Assembly: GCA_963824175.1 (NCBI GenBank)
Contig: CAWGOD010000001.1
Span: 56,712 to 120,711 of the forward strand
Direction of reading: 5' to 3'
Origin: an uncultured Chloroflexia bacterium
GTDB lineage: Bacteria; Chloroflexota; Anaerolineae; Anaerolineales; UBA11858
DNA: 64,000 bases
Part shown: piece by piece, positions 36,347 to 47,510 of the stretch
Numbering within the stretch: position 1 is the stretch's first letter
Layout of the letters: the number at the start of each line of letters is the position of its first letter
Notes under the pieces: model-generated
Told to the model about the DNA's origin: nothing
The model's input: only the letters and a program-made list of their open reading frames with translations
Databases searched by the model: none
Made by a program: the position numbers and the translations under genes

Positions 36347-36358
36347 TATTTTCTCCTA

Positions 36359-36929
36359 TTAATTCCACAGCCTGCGAACAAAATAGGCCAGAGCGTAGGC
36401 ACCACCGAAGATGGAAAACATTACCACCCAGCTGCCGGCGGAAAGTGTGGCTCCACCGGAAAGAGCTTGTCCGGAGGTGCATCCACGAGCCAGGCGAGCG
36501 CCGTAAGTGAAACAGATCCCGCCCAAGAAAGCGAATAACCAGCGGGTCTGATTGGATATATTGGGACCTTTATGAGTTTCAAATTTGGTCCGACCGTGGA
36601 TCACACCGGAAGTGAATCCGCCGATCAATACACCGGCGGTCACGATCACGATCCAGCTGTCCAGAGGATTCAGTTGACCACCAGCCATATTGATCAGATA
36701 GGGGACCTGGTCGATATGTCCGGGAGCGATTAGATCCTCGATGAAGGCAGCAATGCGGCTGAGTACCGCCGGAAGCACCCAATCCATTACCGGTGATGAA
36801 ATAAGAGGCAAATAGAACCATGCCCAATAAAACACCACCAAGATAAGGATTCGCATAAGGCTTAGAAGGCCTGTTGAACAGATCCTTCAAACGAAATTTC
36901 TGTTTTTCTGGTTTTTGATTTTCTGTCAT
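36359..36929 (-). CDS. YeeE/YedE-family membrane protein (half-size partner); frame break near 36780
   Basis: N-terminus PYLGGVLLGMVLFASYFITGNGLGASGG and C-terminal half ARGCTSGQALSGGATLSAGSW. Confidence 0.7.
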
Positions 36930-37003
36930 TTCTAGTCTCTCTTTTCTAGGCGGAGTTTATAATCTGCCATTTTTTTACTTGGAAAATACAATTCGATTGA
37001 GAT

Positions 37004-37603
37004 TAACTCTCAATGTCCTCCCAACCGGTGATCATAGCTTCAATGCTGGAAACAGCAGTATGACCGGTTGTAGTCAGGTAGATATGCAGGATCAGGAAAG
37101 CTGCAAACAGCCAGGCAATGATGGTATGGAAGGGAGCCAGGATGGGCAATCCTCCCAGGCCTTTCAGCCAGACCAGGCCAGCGCTGTAAACCCCACATCA
37201 GGGCGCCAGTGATGCCCTGAAGAGGTAAGAGCACATTCAGCAGCCCGAAATAGGTGATCTGCTGGAGAGGATTCAACTTCTTGTCAGTTGTTTTTTCAAA
37301 GGGGTGATGTTCACCTTTGAAGATACCCAGCAGGTAGTATTTGATCTGTACAAAAGTGCGGTCAAAGAAACCACGCGGTCGAGGAATATACTGCTGGATC
37401 TCTCCTGTAGCTAGATGGAAGAACAAGGACAGGAAAGCATTGACAGCAAGAATTGCTGCGATGATGTTGTGGACCAGGACCATATTCCTGAAGTTCATAA
37501 AAGCGAACGAGTCGGGCCTGTGGATTATGAATCCGGTCAGCAGCAGGATCACAATCGCCGCTGTTTGCAACCAGTGCCACAATCGCTCATAAGCCCCGTA
37601 CAT
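37004..37603 (-). CDS. Cytochrome b (Ni/Fe-hydrogenase / PhsC-type, PF01292-like) membrane subunit; frame break near 37150
   Basis: YERLWHWLQTAAIVILLLTGFIIH. The C-terminal piece PFHTIIAWLFAAFLILHIYLTTTGH...ITGWEDIES is in another frame, ending at stop 37004-37006. Confidence 0.7.
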
Positions 37604-39740
37604 ATAAATTTTCTTTGTTGGTTTTTGATGAGGCAGGATTGCGGGAAGAAAAATAGATTCTTAATCCGCCATGGGTCATCACACCCAGGAAAACAACAGC
37701 ACACAAACCTAAACCGATCCAATCCAGCCAGGCAAGGCGATTGTGGCCAAAGACATACAGCGAATCGGCCGCTGCTGCTGGATAATAGAAAATCTCTCCA
37801 TCATCATTAAATTTGATCTCACCTTCTAGATTTCTCTCGGTGCCCGATACAAAAGCTGGCAAGTTACCTCCAGGGGAGGCGGCAGCTAGTTTGATCGGTT
37901 GTGTGATCCGGGAATCATCACCATGGCAAGCAGTGCAGTCATCCAGGGCCCAATCTGCGCTGGCAACATCATGATTAATGCTGTAAGGCTGAATCTCTCC
38001 CGTGATCCGGGGATTGGAAAGCCCCAGTAGAGCCAATCTGTCTCGTACAAAATCTTCTTTGGCCTGGGAATCGATCACCATTTCATCGACGGTCAAATCT
38101 CCATCTTTATTTTCATCAAATCTCAGGATAATTCCTGGGTGATAACCGCCATTTTCGTAATAGGCGGCCTGCAGATCGGCCAGGATCACAGGACGGGGAG
38201 GATCACCGTAGACCCAGAACCAGGTTGTGATCAGGTTATGGGGCGCTAATCTCATGTTGCCGTCAATATCTGGGCTGGGGATTAATACTGGTTCAAAACC
38301 AACCAGTAAGGAACCCATTGTGTTTACATCACCTTCGGCTCCACGGCATTCTCGCCGGGGAAGGTCTCCGGGCAGCAGTACTGTCCAGTCATGGACCTGG
38401 TTGCCTGATGAATACATTTGAGGAATGTGGCAGGACTCACAGCTCAGAACGTCCAGATGGCTTTCGAGATACGGCAGCCAGTCATGGGTGCTGTCTGACT
38501 GTATGGCAGGACTCACAGGTCCTCATGGTGTCATTGAGTTCAGGAGCTACGATACTCTGGGCGCTGTTTCCCCGAGCAAATTGGTGGAGAGGTTTTTCCA
38601 GGTATTCACCGATCTCGACCCGGCGAGGATCGAACAGCAGGTGATCTGGCCTGGTTGTCTCTGATTCCTGGTAATAGAGTGGGTTGTTAATCGAATAATG
38701 GCAATCCACACAGTTCAATAAACGTTCTGCGTGTACATCCCAGGATCGATTTAGAGTTTCTTTATTGGCCAGGTTCATCCCTGAATCGGACATCTTTTGG
38801 GGTGAGATGATCTGTCCAGTCGTGATCGTACTCCAGCGTTCAGGGGCGCAGCCCAGTGTAACCAGGGGATCCTCAACATTATCATGCACAAGACCATGAC
38901 ATGCTCCGCAGTTGTTATTGGTTGGATCCTGGATCTGGATCGCTTCTGGAAGGATTTCCATGTCTTCGTCAAATAAGCTTTCATTCCAGATGTAGGAATC
39001 CCCGCTCATAGATAACAATACCTGAGCCGATCAGAGTGGAGGTGTTGACCCATTTGAAATTCCCACTTTGCAGGGCGTCTGCCCGAGCATTATTGTCTGG
39101 ACTCGGGATATGGCACAGGAAGCAGTTCATTTCAACTGAGCCAGATTTATCCCAATCCCAACGTTCCAACTTACCAGTATCCGGGTTGACGATATTGGTT
39201 TCCAAGCTGGTGCTGCTGTAAGGTAGATCAGCCAGAAGTTCTCCGTTTTTGGCATATATGAGCAGGACCGCCTCCGATATGGCGTAATCCATAGATCTGG
39301 ATCCATGCTGGAGTGGTCAGGTCTATCCTGTCATCACCCTGGGGTGAGAGGTAGCGATACTCAATTGAGTTCCAGGAACCAAACACTCCTGGGGAGGTAT
39401 CCCAGGGTCTTTCTGTAACTGTTTCACCTGGTTGGGAGATATCATTTAACCCAACGCTGACATGGTAACTGTGGTCAGCAATGAATGCTGTGTCATGACA
39501 TGCCCCACAGGTATTCATTGTGGAAATTGGATTGCCTGTTTCCAAGACATTATCCCCTGCCTCATCGAGGAAAGGGAAAGAGGGGTGCAGGGGAGAGGCT
39601 TGTTCGGTTTTTTCCTGTCCCGGGCTCGCCCAGACAACTCCCTGGGTTAGAAGGACAGCACCCAGGATGATCAGGAAAGAAATTGCTGTTATGAGGAGCA
39701 ATTTATTATATTTATTGAGTCGTGTTATTTGATTGCCCAT
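37587..39740 (-). CDS. Multiheme c-type cytochrome (at least seven CxxCH) with an N-terminal signal/anchor and a C-terminal TM segment; three frame breaks
   Basis: CxxCH motifs seen in order: CGACH, CFLCH, CGACH, CVDCH, CESCH, CESCH, CTACH. Four ORF pieces (39228-39740, 38981-39292, 38482-39018, 37587-38516) tile the region. Its 3' end overlaps the cytochrome b start by 17 nt. Confidence 0.75.
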
Positions 39741-39757
39741 ATCAACTGCATCCTTTA

Positions 39758-41210
39758 TTAGGGTCGATAACTATTGGACTGGAAACGGCCGCCCCAATCG
39801 ATCGGATCACCGTAATATCCCAGTGATTCCCAATCCATCCTGCCTTCAGGACCGTGGCATTGATCACAAGTCAGAGCTTCCGTAGCTGCTCTGACCATGT
39901 GCGTGGTTGGCCAATACATATCCGTTTCAGTGAAATCCATATTGGCCGCTGTAATCCAGGCCGGTGATATCTGCACCGAGCTGAAGGGCTAAATCCCAAT
40001 CGAATTCGGTCCAGAAACCTCCCTCGCCAAAAGTTTTTGGCTGGAGAAGGATATTATTTACAGTGTCATAAGGTTGTTTGGCAGTATGAACTTTGAAGGG
40101 AAAAACTTGGAAGATTGATCATGTGATATCACCTGCTGGCAGGTTTATGTGCACCAGCTGATCCGGATCGATCATATCTCCCAGGATATAACGTTCGGCT
40201 ACGCCGCCGTTGTACCACATGTAAACCGGAGTGAAATTGCCTTCGTATACAAAACTGCCTTTGATCTTCAAATAAGTATGAACGCTTTCCTCAATCTCAT
40301 CGCTGCCCGCTGTTGACCAATCCCAGTACATCTTGGTTGCATCCCTGGTTGCCGCATTTGGAATGTGGCAGGTCTGGCAAGCAACTGACTCAATATGGGC
40401 ATTGATGCGGTCATCCTCGTGCAAGCCTTCGTCATGGCAATCAATGCAGTAGGTCTGGTTTTCATTATCCAGGCTGACGGAGATCGATCGTCCCATAATG
40501 TTGTGGCTTTCTGTCTGGTGGCAATCAGTGCACATAAAGTCATGTTCACCCATATGGATATCCACATTGGAAGGCGGGAAGTAGAGGGTTTCATCCAGAT
40601 CACCATGTTTAACCGCATTACCTCCGCCGCCATTAAAGTGGCAGCTGCCGCAGTTTTCACGGGTTGGAGCGGCGACGCTCTGGGCGACTTCCAGCAGGTC
40701 TACACCTTCAACCGGTATGCCGGCCAGGCCTTTCACGTATGTGCCGGTATTATCATGGCATGCCAGGCAATCGACAAATTCTTCCTGATTGAAGTCAAAA
40801 TTAGCATCTTCCCATCCATAACCTGCATGACAGGAGGTGCAGCTGGGCCAGTTGCCCTGAATTCCGATACAGAAATTGTTAATCGAGTTCTTTTTCCCGA
40901 CTGTGACAGTGTTATCTCTACCTTCTATCTGATAGGGTTTGCTTTCCCAGGTCCAATGTGCTGTTGCCATGATTTCCTGAGCTGAATCTTCGTGGCATTC
41001 CAGGCAGGCCCTGGTGACTTCTTGACCGGTTTCAAAAGGGCCCTCAATGATCGCTGTGTGATCGGTGTGGGGGACTTTTAAAGGCACATTATCCCAGGGA
41101 TCCGAACTGATCGGCTTTTCTCCCCGGGGGAAGAAGATCACGATTGGGATCACAATTATAAAAAGGACAAAAACGGCACCAAATATCCAGTTGAATTTGG
41201 ATGGTTTCAT
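39758..41210 (-). CDS. Tetrathionate-reductase-family octaheme c-type cytochrome (OTR family); two frame breaks (about 40120 and 39960)
   Basis: Eight CxxCH motifs: CLECH, CTSCH, CLACH, CGSCH, CTDCH, CIDCH, CQTCH, CDQCH. Strings such as ATAHWTWES, NNFCIGIQGNWPSCTSCH, NCGSCHFNGGGGNAVKHGD and VHTAKQPYD match my recollection of the OTR family. There is an N-terminal TM anchor. Confidence 0.75.
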
Positions 41211-41213
41211 AGA

Positions 41214-41568
41214 CTACCTCTCATTGGATTGGTTATGTTTAATTAGATCAGCTTGCTGTGATAACTGGTCCAGCATAACCTCGCGGAGTATGTCCAGAGC
41301 TTGAATAAAACGTTTATCAGCCAGAGAATAGATCACCTGGGCCCCATCGCGCTGTGCCTGGATCAATCCCCTCTCGCGGAGGACTTTTAAGTGGCGTGAA
41401 GCCGCAGATTGACTGATACCCACGATCTCTGCCAGATTGTTCACATTTTGGGGTGTTTCAGCGACAGCATATAATTAATAATATCCGATTAGGTTCTGAA
41501 ATTGCGGAGCAGATCCTGGCATGCAGCTGATTGATTTCTTGGGCAAGGGGATTATTGTTCATAGACAT
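41214..41568 (-). CDS. ArsR/SmtB-family transcriptional regulator; frame break near 41450
   Basis: LHARICSAISEPNRILLI followed by NVNNLAEIVGISQSAASRHLKVLRERGLIQAQRDGAQVIYSL. Confidence 0.75.
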
Positions 41569-41791
41569 ATGTACATATAGGAATATATAGGCTTGTGAAG
41601 ATTATAACAACTTGGAAATAAAGAGATAGTGACAAATGTAACATGTCTAGCCCAGGGGGTTGTGACAGTTTGTGTGACATATGTGAAATAAAAAGTCCAG
41701 ATTTCAGTATGGGAGTGGGAAAACGAGGGGAGGATTGTTGGAATAGACGATCGGTTTATTAGTTTTTGCCCATCTTTAAAACAAAGATATC

Positions 41792-42688
41792 TTAACCTTC
41801 GAGGGCGGTGGTTATGAAATCCCAGAAGGCATCTCTTGCTGCAGTGGTCAATTGAGTTTTGTCCCTGGCAATATATAAACCCTGTTTGATATTGATATCT
41901 TTAATTGGAACAGCCACAGTTTCGCTGATCGCGGATGAAATTGTGGTGGAGCTAAAACTAAGACCCAAACCTTTGTTTACAGAGAGGGCAATAGCTTCGG
42001 CATTGTCCAGGGTCAGGAAAGAATCCAGCTGAAGGAGGGACAGGTTTTTGGATGCCAGAGCCTCATTTACTTTCATATAGGTTTTTGTATTCGCTGCGGG
42101 AAGAATAAATTTTTCTCCTAGCAGTTCCTCAACTTCGATGAATTCGCGTTTTGCCCAGGGATGATCTTTGGGTGTGATCAGCATAATTTCATCCGTCAGC
42201 AGATGTTGAGACTTGGAAGCAGGGCTCGACTATATTTTCAAGATTTGTGAATAAGAAGTGAATATCTCCACTACGAAGGGTATTCAAGAGGAAAATTACA
42301 GGTATCAGTCTGGCAGGCGATTGTCACTTCCGGGATACAAATCGTGGAATTGAGAAAAGAATTCCGGTAGTTTATATCTTCCAGTGAGAGCGTTGCATCT
42401 GATGCTTATCCTGCCTTTGATATGCCCCTTTAGGGATGACATGGCTTCATTGATCCTGGTGCTTTGTTTAACGAACTGCTGGGCCATTGGGATCAATACC
42501 CGACCGGCATCCGAAAGGATCAAAGATCTTCCCTGTCTGATAAAAAGCACCTCTTCAAAGTGTTTTTCCAGGGACCGAATATGCTGACTGACACTTGGTT
42601 GACTCATATGCAGCCGTTCAGCAGCCTGGGTGAAATTCAAAGTATCTGCGGCGACCAGAAATATGTTAAGTTGGTGGGCATCTAACAT
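41792..42688 (-). pseudogene. LysR-family transcriptional regulator with at least three frame breaks between 42185 and 42330
   Basis: N-terminal HTH LNIFLVAADTLNFTQAAERLHMSQPSVSQHIRSLEKHF (ORF 42305-42742) and C-terminal effector domain (ORF 41792-42184). The linking segment is readable only by switching frames. Confidence 0.65.
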
Positions 42689-42837
42689 GGGATTCTCTAG
42701 GAGGATACTTGATAATTTATTAGTAATCATTATTATATCCAAAAGAAATTATTATGGGTAATCGATTCTGACCCTCTAATTTCAATTTCTAAAACTAGAA
42801 TAAACAGTCCTGTTTGAAAAATCATCCTTTCTGATAA

Positions 42838-42871
42838 AAATAAACGCTTCAATATATTTTGAAGCGTTTAT
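42838..42871 (-). terminator. Rho-independent terminator after the NrfD gene
   Basis: AATAAACGCTTCAA-AATATA-TTGAAGCGTTTATT followed by TTTTTATC on the minus strand. Confidence 0.7.
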
Positions 42872-42901
42872 TGATTTCCTATGACTCAATGCGAGACCAG
42901 G

Positions 42902-44134
42902 TTAATGTGCTGCCTCTTCGTCTTTGGGGTAGATTGGCAGGTACTTTATGCCAAAACTGAAAGCAAGCAAAGCGTAAGCGATGATACCGATGGAAACTAT
43001 GATCTCATTCCAGGTAGGCAGGTAGGAAACTGTGATCAAATTGCCAAGTACACCCGGGGACCACTGTGGCGGGGCGACCAATCCAGAGAGGGTTACATTC
43101 CAGCGATTTACTGTTACTCCTGCGATGATTGCTCCCAGCGCCAGCATCGTATAGCGATCATTTTTCCTGAAGTTTGCATTTAGCAGGATGATGGCCGGTA
43201 CGAATGCCGCCCAACACGATCTCAATCCACCAGAAGGTTCGGGTATAAGGAGTGGTTGATTGCAGTAATGCCAGAGCCTCGGTTGTACCGGGAGAAGTGC
43301 TGTAATAGGAAGTAGCCGCCCAATCCCAGATCTTTAGATAAAGGTAGGCCAGAAGGGCATATCCAGCGAAGCGGGAGATATCATACTGCAGTTCCCGGCT
43401 GATAATTTGCCGTCTGTTCAGTTTGCCGACGAAAATGGTTAACAACAGGGTCATGGATATCCCTCCGGCAATAGCGGAGAGAATGAACATCACCGGCAGG
43501 GAAGGTTTGTACCAGATAGCTCTTCCTGACAACACGCCGTATGTCGCTCCCAGGGAGGATTGATGGAGCAGGGATAATCCCAATCCGATAGCGGCAAAAA
43601 CAGGTGATGCCTTGTGGATCAGATCACCATACTTACGAAGATTAGGCCAGCGGTCAAAATATTTACCCTCGAGCAGGATCGGTAAGAATTCCAGCACAAG
43701 CACGATGGAATAAAGGATCACACACCAGGTGATTTCCCATAAAACAGAGTGAACATTCCAGTAAACCAGGGGATGCCAGAACCTGTCTGGCCGGCCGATA
43801 TCCATGGCCAGGGCAAGCATGGCGGATGTATACCCAAGGAATCCCACAAAAACAGCGGCACGGGCGATGGGTTGGTATTTTTTGATCCTGAACAGGTAAA
43901 CAATTGCCGAGAATGTGAACGCACCGGCTCCTGTTGCGATAGAACTCAGGTCCTGGGTGATCCACAAGACCCCAGGGGACCTGGTCAGACAAACCAGTCA
44001 CATGCAAACCTTTGACAAAAACCCGGATGGCGCCGAATACTACCAACGGCGAGCATCAAACCAAGAACACCGATCCAGATCCACCAGGCACGCTCTCGGC
44101 CTTCTTTAGGAATGGAAAGATCAAATTTAAACAT
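42902..44134 (-). CDS. NrfD/PsrC-family polytopic membrane quinone-interacting subunit; about three frame breaks
   Basis: MFKFDLSIPKEGRERAWWIWIGVLGLML..., GLSDQVPWGL, and MDIGRPDRFWHPLVYWNVHSVLWEITWCV. The ATG at 44134 directly abuts the upstream stop (TAGATG). Confidence 0.75.
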
Positions 44135-44978
44135 CTATACTTCCTCCTTTTCAGGGCGGACATAATGAACATTGGGTTTTGTCCCAAAATCCTCCCTCAG
44201 GCGGAAGGTTTCATTATCTTTAACAAAAATAGAAACCGGACTTTCTGGATCATTATGATCACCAAAAACACGGGCGTTCACAGGACAGATATTCACACAT
44301 GCTGGTGTGGCTTCCCGGTCAACTCCCGGCGTTAATCCCTGGGCCAGCCCGCGATCGATTCTGTGACTGCAGAAGGTACATTTTTCCACCACGCCCCGGG
44401 ACCGGCGCTCAATTTCCGGCGATCCCCAGGTGGGTTGATAGGGATTTTCTTTTTTGGATAACTTCCCAGTTAAACCGCCTGACATCATAAGGGCAGGCAA
44501 CTTCGCAGTAGCGGCAGCCAATGCAGCGTTTGTAGTCCATGGTGACGATGCCATCTTTGCGCTTCCAGGTCGCACCGACTGGACAGACTTTCACGCAGGG
44601 AGCTTCTTCGCAATGCAGACAAGGGTCTGGTCATAAAAAACTCTGTTCCGCTTTCAGTACGCTCGGGATGTCCCACATTCCAGCGCATGTCATCATCAGG
44701 AACATCATTGGTTGCCTGGCAAGCCCAGAGGCAGTACTGGCAGCCGATGCATTTGCTGAGGTCGATAGCCATACACCAGGAATGTTCGGATTTCCCTTCT
44801 TCGCCATGGGTTTTTTCGCCAATACCTTGGATCGCATCTGGGGACAGGGGTCCCGATGTGATCAGCTGAGTGACCAGCGCTGCTGCACCTGTCGACCCGG
44901 CGATCTGTAAAAATTCCTTTCGTGATACCAGGGATTTCTTATTAGTAGATTTTCCAGAGATCCCTTTTTAGAGATCAT
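44135..44978 (-). CDS. Periplasmic four-cluster [4Fe-4S] protein (PsrB/NrfC/HybA type) with a Tat-like signal; about three frame breaks
   Basis: [17 protein letters not shown]; [11 protein letters not shown]; [14 protein letters not shown]; [12 protein letters not shown]; CTFCSHR...[18 protein letters not shown] precedes the ATG at 44978. Confidence 0.75.
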
Positions 44979-46001
44979 TTTCCTCTTCCTCCTCATCTGT
45001 CCGACTGCGAAGATTCTGGCCCACGAACCAGGCGGTGCTTCCGCCCAGGACTAGGCCGATCACAGCACCCTGGAATAAATTGCTTACCGGCTGCTGGCCA
45101 GGGCAGTCTCCAGGGCCTGGATCTGCTGGTTGGGATATCTGTCGATTGTTTACCGAATGGTTTCTGATCAGCGGCTGGGCGCCTTCGTCCTTTCTTGCCC
45201 TTCATCTGTGTCCTGCGCATGGAATGTTGCATCAGCAGCCCCATTTTCATAACCGGGGAGAGTAAAACCTGCATGTAATGCGTCTGTATGGCAGGCAACA
45301 CAAGTTTGAGGTGAAATCGTGAAACGCATGCCCAGTCGGTACAATGCCATCTTCAGGGCTAACATCAGGTGGAATTACTAGGGCATGGCAATCCACGCAT
45401 CCGATATTTTGCTGAACGTGAAGGTCGTTCAGATAATCGCCCATTCCTTCCCGGTGGCAGTTGATGCATAAATCATCGGGATTATCAAATAAGTGGTTTC
45501 TGGCTGTGGGGATCATGGCAGTCCATGCAGTCTACATCTCCAGAGGCGTGGCCTGTACTGCGCCATTCACTCAAAGTTGTTGTATGGCAGGAACCGCAGT
45601 AATAAGTATCAACGATGGTTGGTACCACCTTGATCGGGGTGATTAGTTGTGACAGTACCGTGACAAGATTGGCAAGAAACACCCTCATGTTTCATATTCT
45701 CCAGTGGATGAAATGTAATTCGTGGTATGGCAGGCCAGGCAGGTATCCGGAGTGCCCAAACCAACCCACTGCTCCTGGAAAACAGGATCATCATAGGCAT
45801 GGGCATGGGGGCTTGGAGACCAAACTCCCTGCCACATCTCCGATGACATTTTACACAATCATTGTCAGTGAGAATTTCTTCAGGGGGATCATCACCTTGA
45901 GAATTGGGTGCTGCCGAGACAATTCCAGTGAACAGGAACATGGCAAGTAATCCAATAATTAGGCCGGATACAAGGGCAGGGGAATACTTTCTTTTAGTCA
46001 T
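44968..46001 (-). CDS. Octaheme c-type cytochrome with signal peptide and C-terminal TM helix; at least six frame breaks
   Basis: CxxCH motifs found by frame-hopping: CVKCH, CLACH, CQSCH, CGSCH, CMDCH, CINCH, CVDCH, CVACH. The tail GAVIGLVLGGSTAWFVG...EEEEENDL has a stop that overlaps the next gene's start by 11 nt. Confidence 0.65.
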
Positions 46002-46266
46002 TTAGATGAACCTCTCTTTAGCAGATGGAATCATATGTTCTACATTGTGAATGTTAGCACATAATCATTAGAGAAAGTAATCTAAACCATTAAATATGAT
46101 AGCATTAGATTATAGGTATGATAAGGAAAGATAATAATGAAATGTAATTCTAAACATACATACACATGATATTTGCTTATATAAAGAGAGCAATTTTTTA
46201 TTATTTGTGGTGGATATTCTTTTTCAAATTTTATCTGCGATTAAGGAGTATATTTTAGGCTTCTAG

Positions 46267-46398
46267 GAATCCCCGTTGTATCTTTTGGGAGCCTTTATAT
46301 TGATTGACATCCTTTATCTCAATGAGCTGGAAGATAGCGGTGGGTTTGGCGGCTGGGTAGATGCAGGTTACCCGGTGGTTGAATACGCTATGCCCTAG
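46267..46398 (+). pseudogene. Remnant of a rhodanese-domain gene (C-terminal approx. 30-40 codons only)
   Basis: The open frame with no start codon reads ...LYLNELEDSGGFGGWVDAGYPVVEYAMP*, which resembles the C-terminal GG..W..AGxP box of rhodaneses. It is followed by its own terminator. Confidence 0.35.
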
Positions 46399-46417
46399 TT
46401 TTACCTGAGAATATCTC

Positions 46418-46451
46418 AAAACAGGCTTACAGGTTTCCGTAAGCCTGTTTT
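46418..46451 (+). terminator. Rho-independent terminator after the rhodanese remnant
   Basis: AAAACAGGCTTAC-AGGTTTCC-GTAAGCCTGTTTT. Confidence 0.65.
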
Positions 46452-46533
46452 GTCTTAACAGGACATATTGCAGAATGATGCTGTAATTTTGCTATGGTAA
46501 ACTAAACTAAGGATTATCTAGGAAGATGTATTT

Positions 46534-47487
46534 ATGGTAGATTTGCTGCGTATCGAAACCTTTTTGCATGCAGCCGAGACCTTGAATTTCTCGGAAGCTG
46601 CCAGGAACCTCCATTTATCCCAGCCTACTATCAGCCATCATATTAAAGCTCTCGAGAATGACCTGGGAGTGATTCTGTTTGAACGCCAGGGCTCTTCCAT
46701 CAAACTTACCGATGCAGGCAAATTACTGGTTCCCTGGGCGAGGAGAGTGATGCGAGATTCCATAGAAATGCAAGAGATGATGGAATCGTTAAAGGAAGGC
46801 ATGGCTGGGAATCTCCAAATTGCTTGCAGCACAACGGCTGGAAAGTACGTTCTTCCCCATCTGGCAGCTAGGTTTTCTATCAGGCACCCTAATGTTCGAA
46901 CTAAATTGCTGCGCTGCACTCCAGCCTCGGTTGCTATCAACTTATTGGAAGGAGAAGCTAATCTGGGTGTGGTCAGTTATGAGATTCCCGGAAAGGAAAT
47001 CGAATTGCAGGAATTCTTCCATGATTTGATCGCAGTTATCGTACCAAGAAACCACGCATTTGTGGCCAGGGATAAGATCCTCCCCGAAGATTTATTAGGA
47101 GAATCGATCATCATGCGGGAAGATACATCCGGCACAAGGAAAATCGTTCTGTCTGAACTTGCCAAACATGATATCAGCCTGGATGATTTGGACAACTTTA
47201 TGGAGGTTGGCAATGCTGAGGCCATCGTCCGTACAGTAGCAGCTGGTTATGGGATTTCCTTTGTATCCAAACTGGCGGCTGCATGTGCTATTGAACGCGG
47301 TAATGTAATTGCCATCCCGGTAGATGGGATAAACCTGGTACGTACTATCTATATGGTTCGGAAACGGCTTAAAGAGTCTCATCGACCGGCGGATGCGTTC
47401 TGGGGATTCATCCATGATCCAACCAATAAGGATCTGATTGAATTGGCCAGCAGGGGAGATTTGTCCTATACTATTCGAGATCTATAG
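46534..47487 (+). CDS. LysR-family transcriptional regulator (intact), divergent from the octaheme-FeS-NrfD operon
   Basis: 317-aa ORF with IETFLHAAETLNFSEAARNLHLSQPTISHHIKALENDLG plus an effector domain. Confidence 0.9.
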   Translation: MVDLLRIETFLHAAETLNFSEAARNLHLSQPTISHHIKALENDLGVILFERQGSSIKLTDAGKLLVPWARRVMRDSIEMQEMMESLKEGMAGNLQIACSTTAGKYVLPHLAARFSIRHPNVRTKLLRCTPASVAINLLEGEANLGVVSYEIPGKEIELQEFFHDLIAVIVPRNHAFVARDKILPEDLLGESIIMREDTSGTRKIVLSELAKHDISLDDLDNFMEVGNAEAIVRTVAAGYGISFVSKLAAACAIERGNVIAIPVDGINLVRTIYMVRKRLKESHRPADAFWGFIHDPTNKDLIELASRGDLSYTIRDL

Positions 47488-47510
47488 GGAAATTGGAGCT
47501 AAAAGAAAAT

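Noticed and set aside
39758-41210. Pentaheme or octaheme nitrite reductase (NrfA/ONR) assignment for the octaheme cytochrome.
   Set aside because: There is no CxxCK motif. All eight motifs are CxxCH, and the spacing and flanking strings match my recollection of the OTR family instead. A nitrite-related activity cannot be excluded biochemically.
42902-46001. Alternative complex III (ActABCDEF).
   Set aside because: Only three genes are present. The FeS protein is small, with no fused molybdopterin-like ActB1 part. The cytochrome has eight hemes rather than five, and there are no ActD/E/F-like genes before the terminator at 42838-42871.
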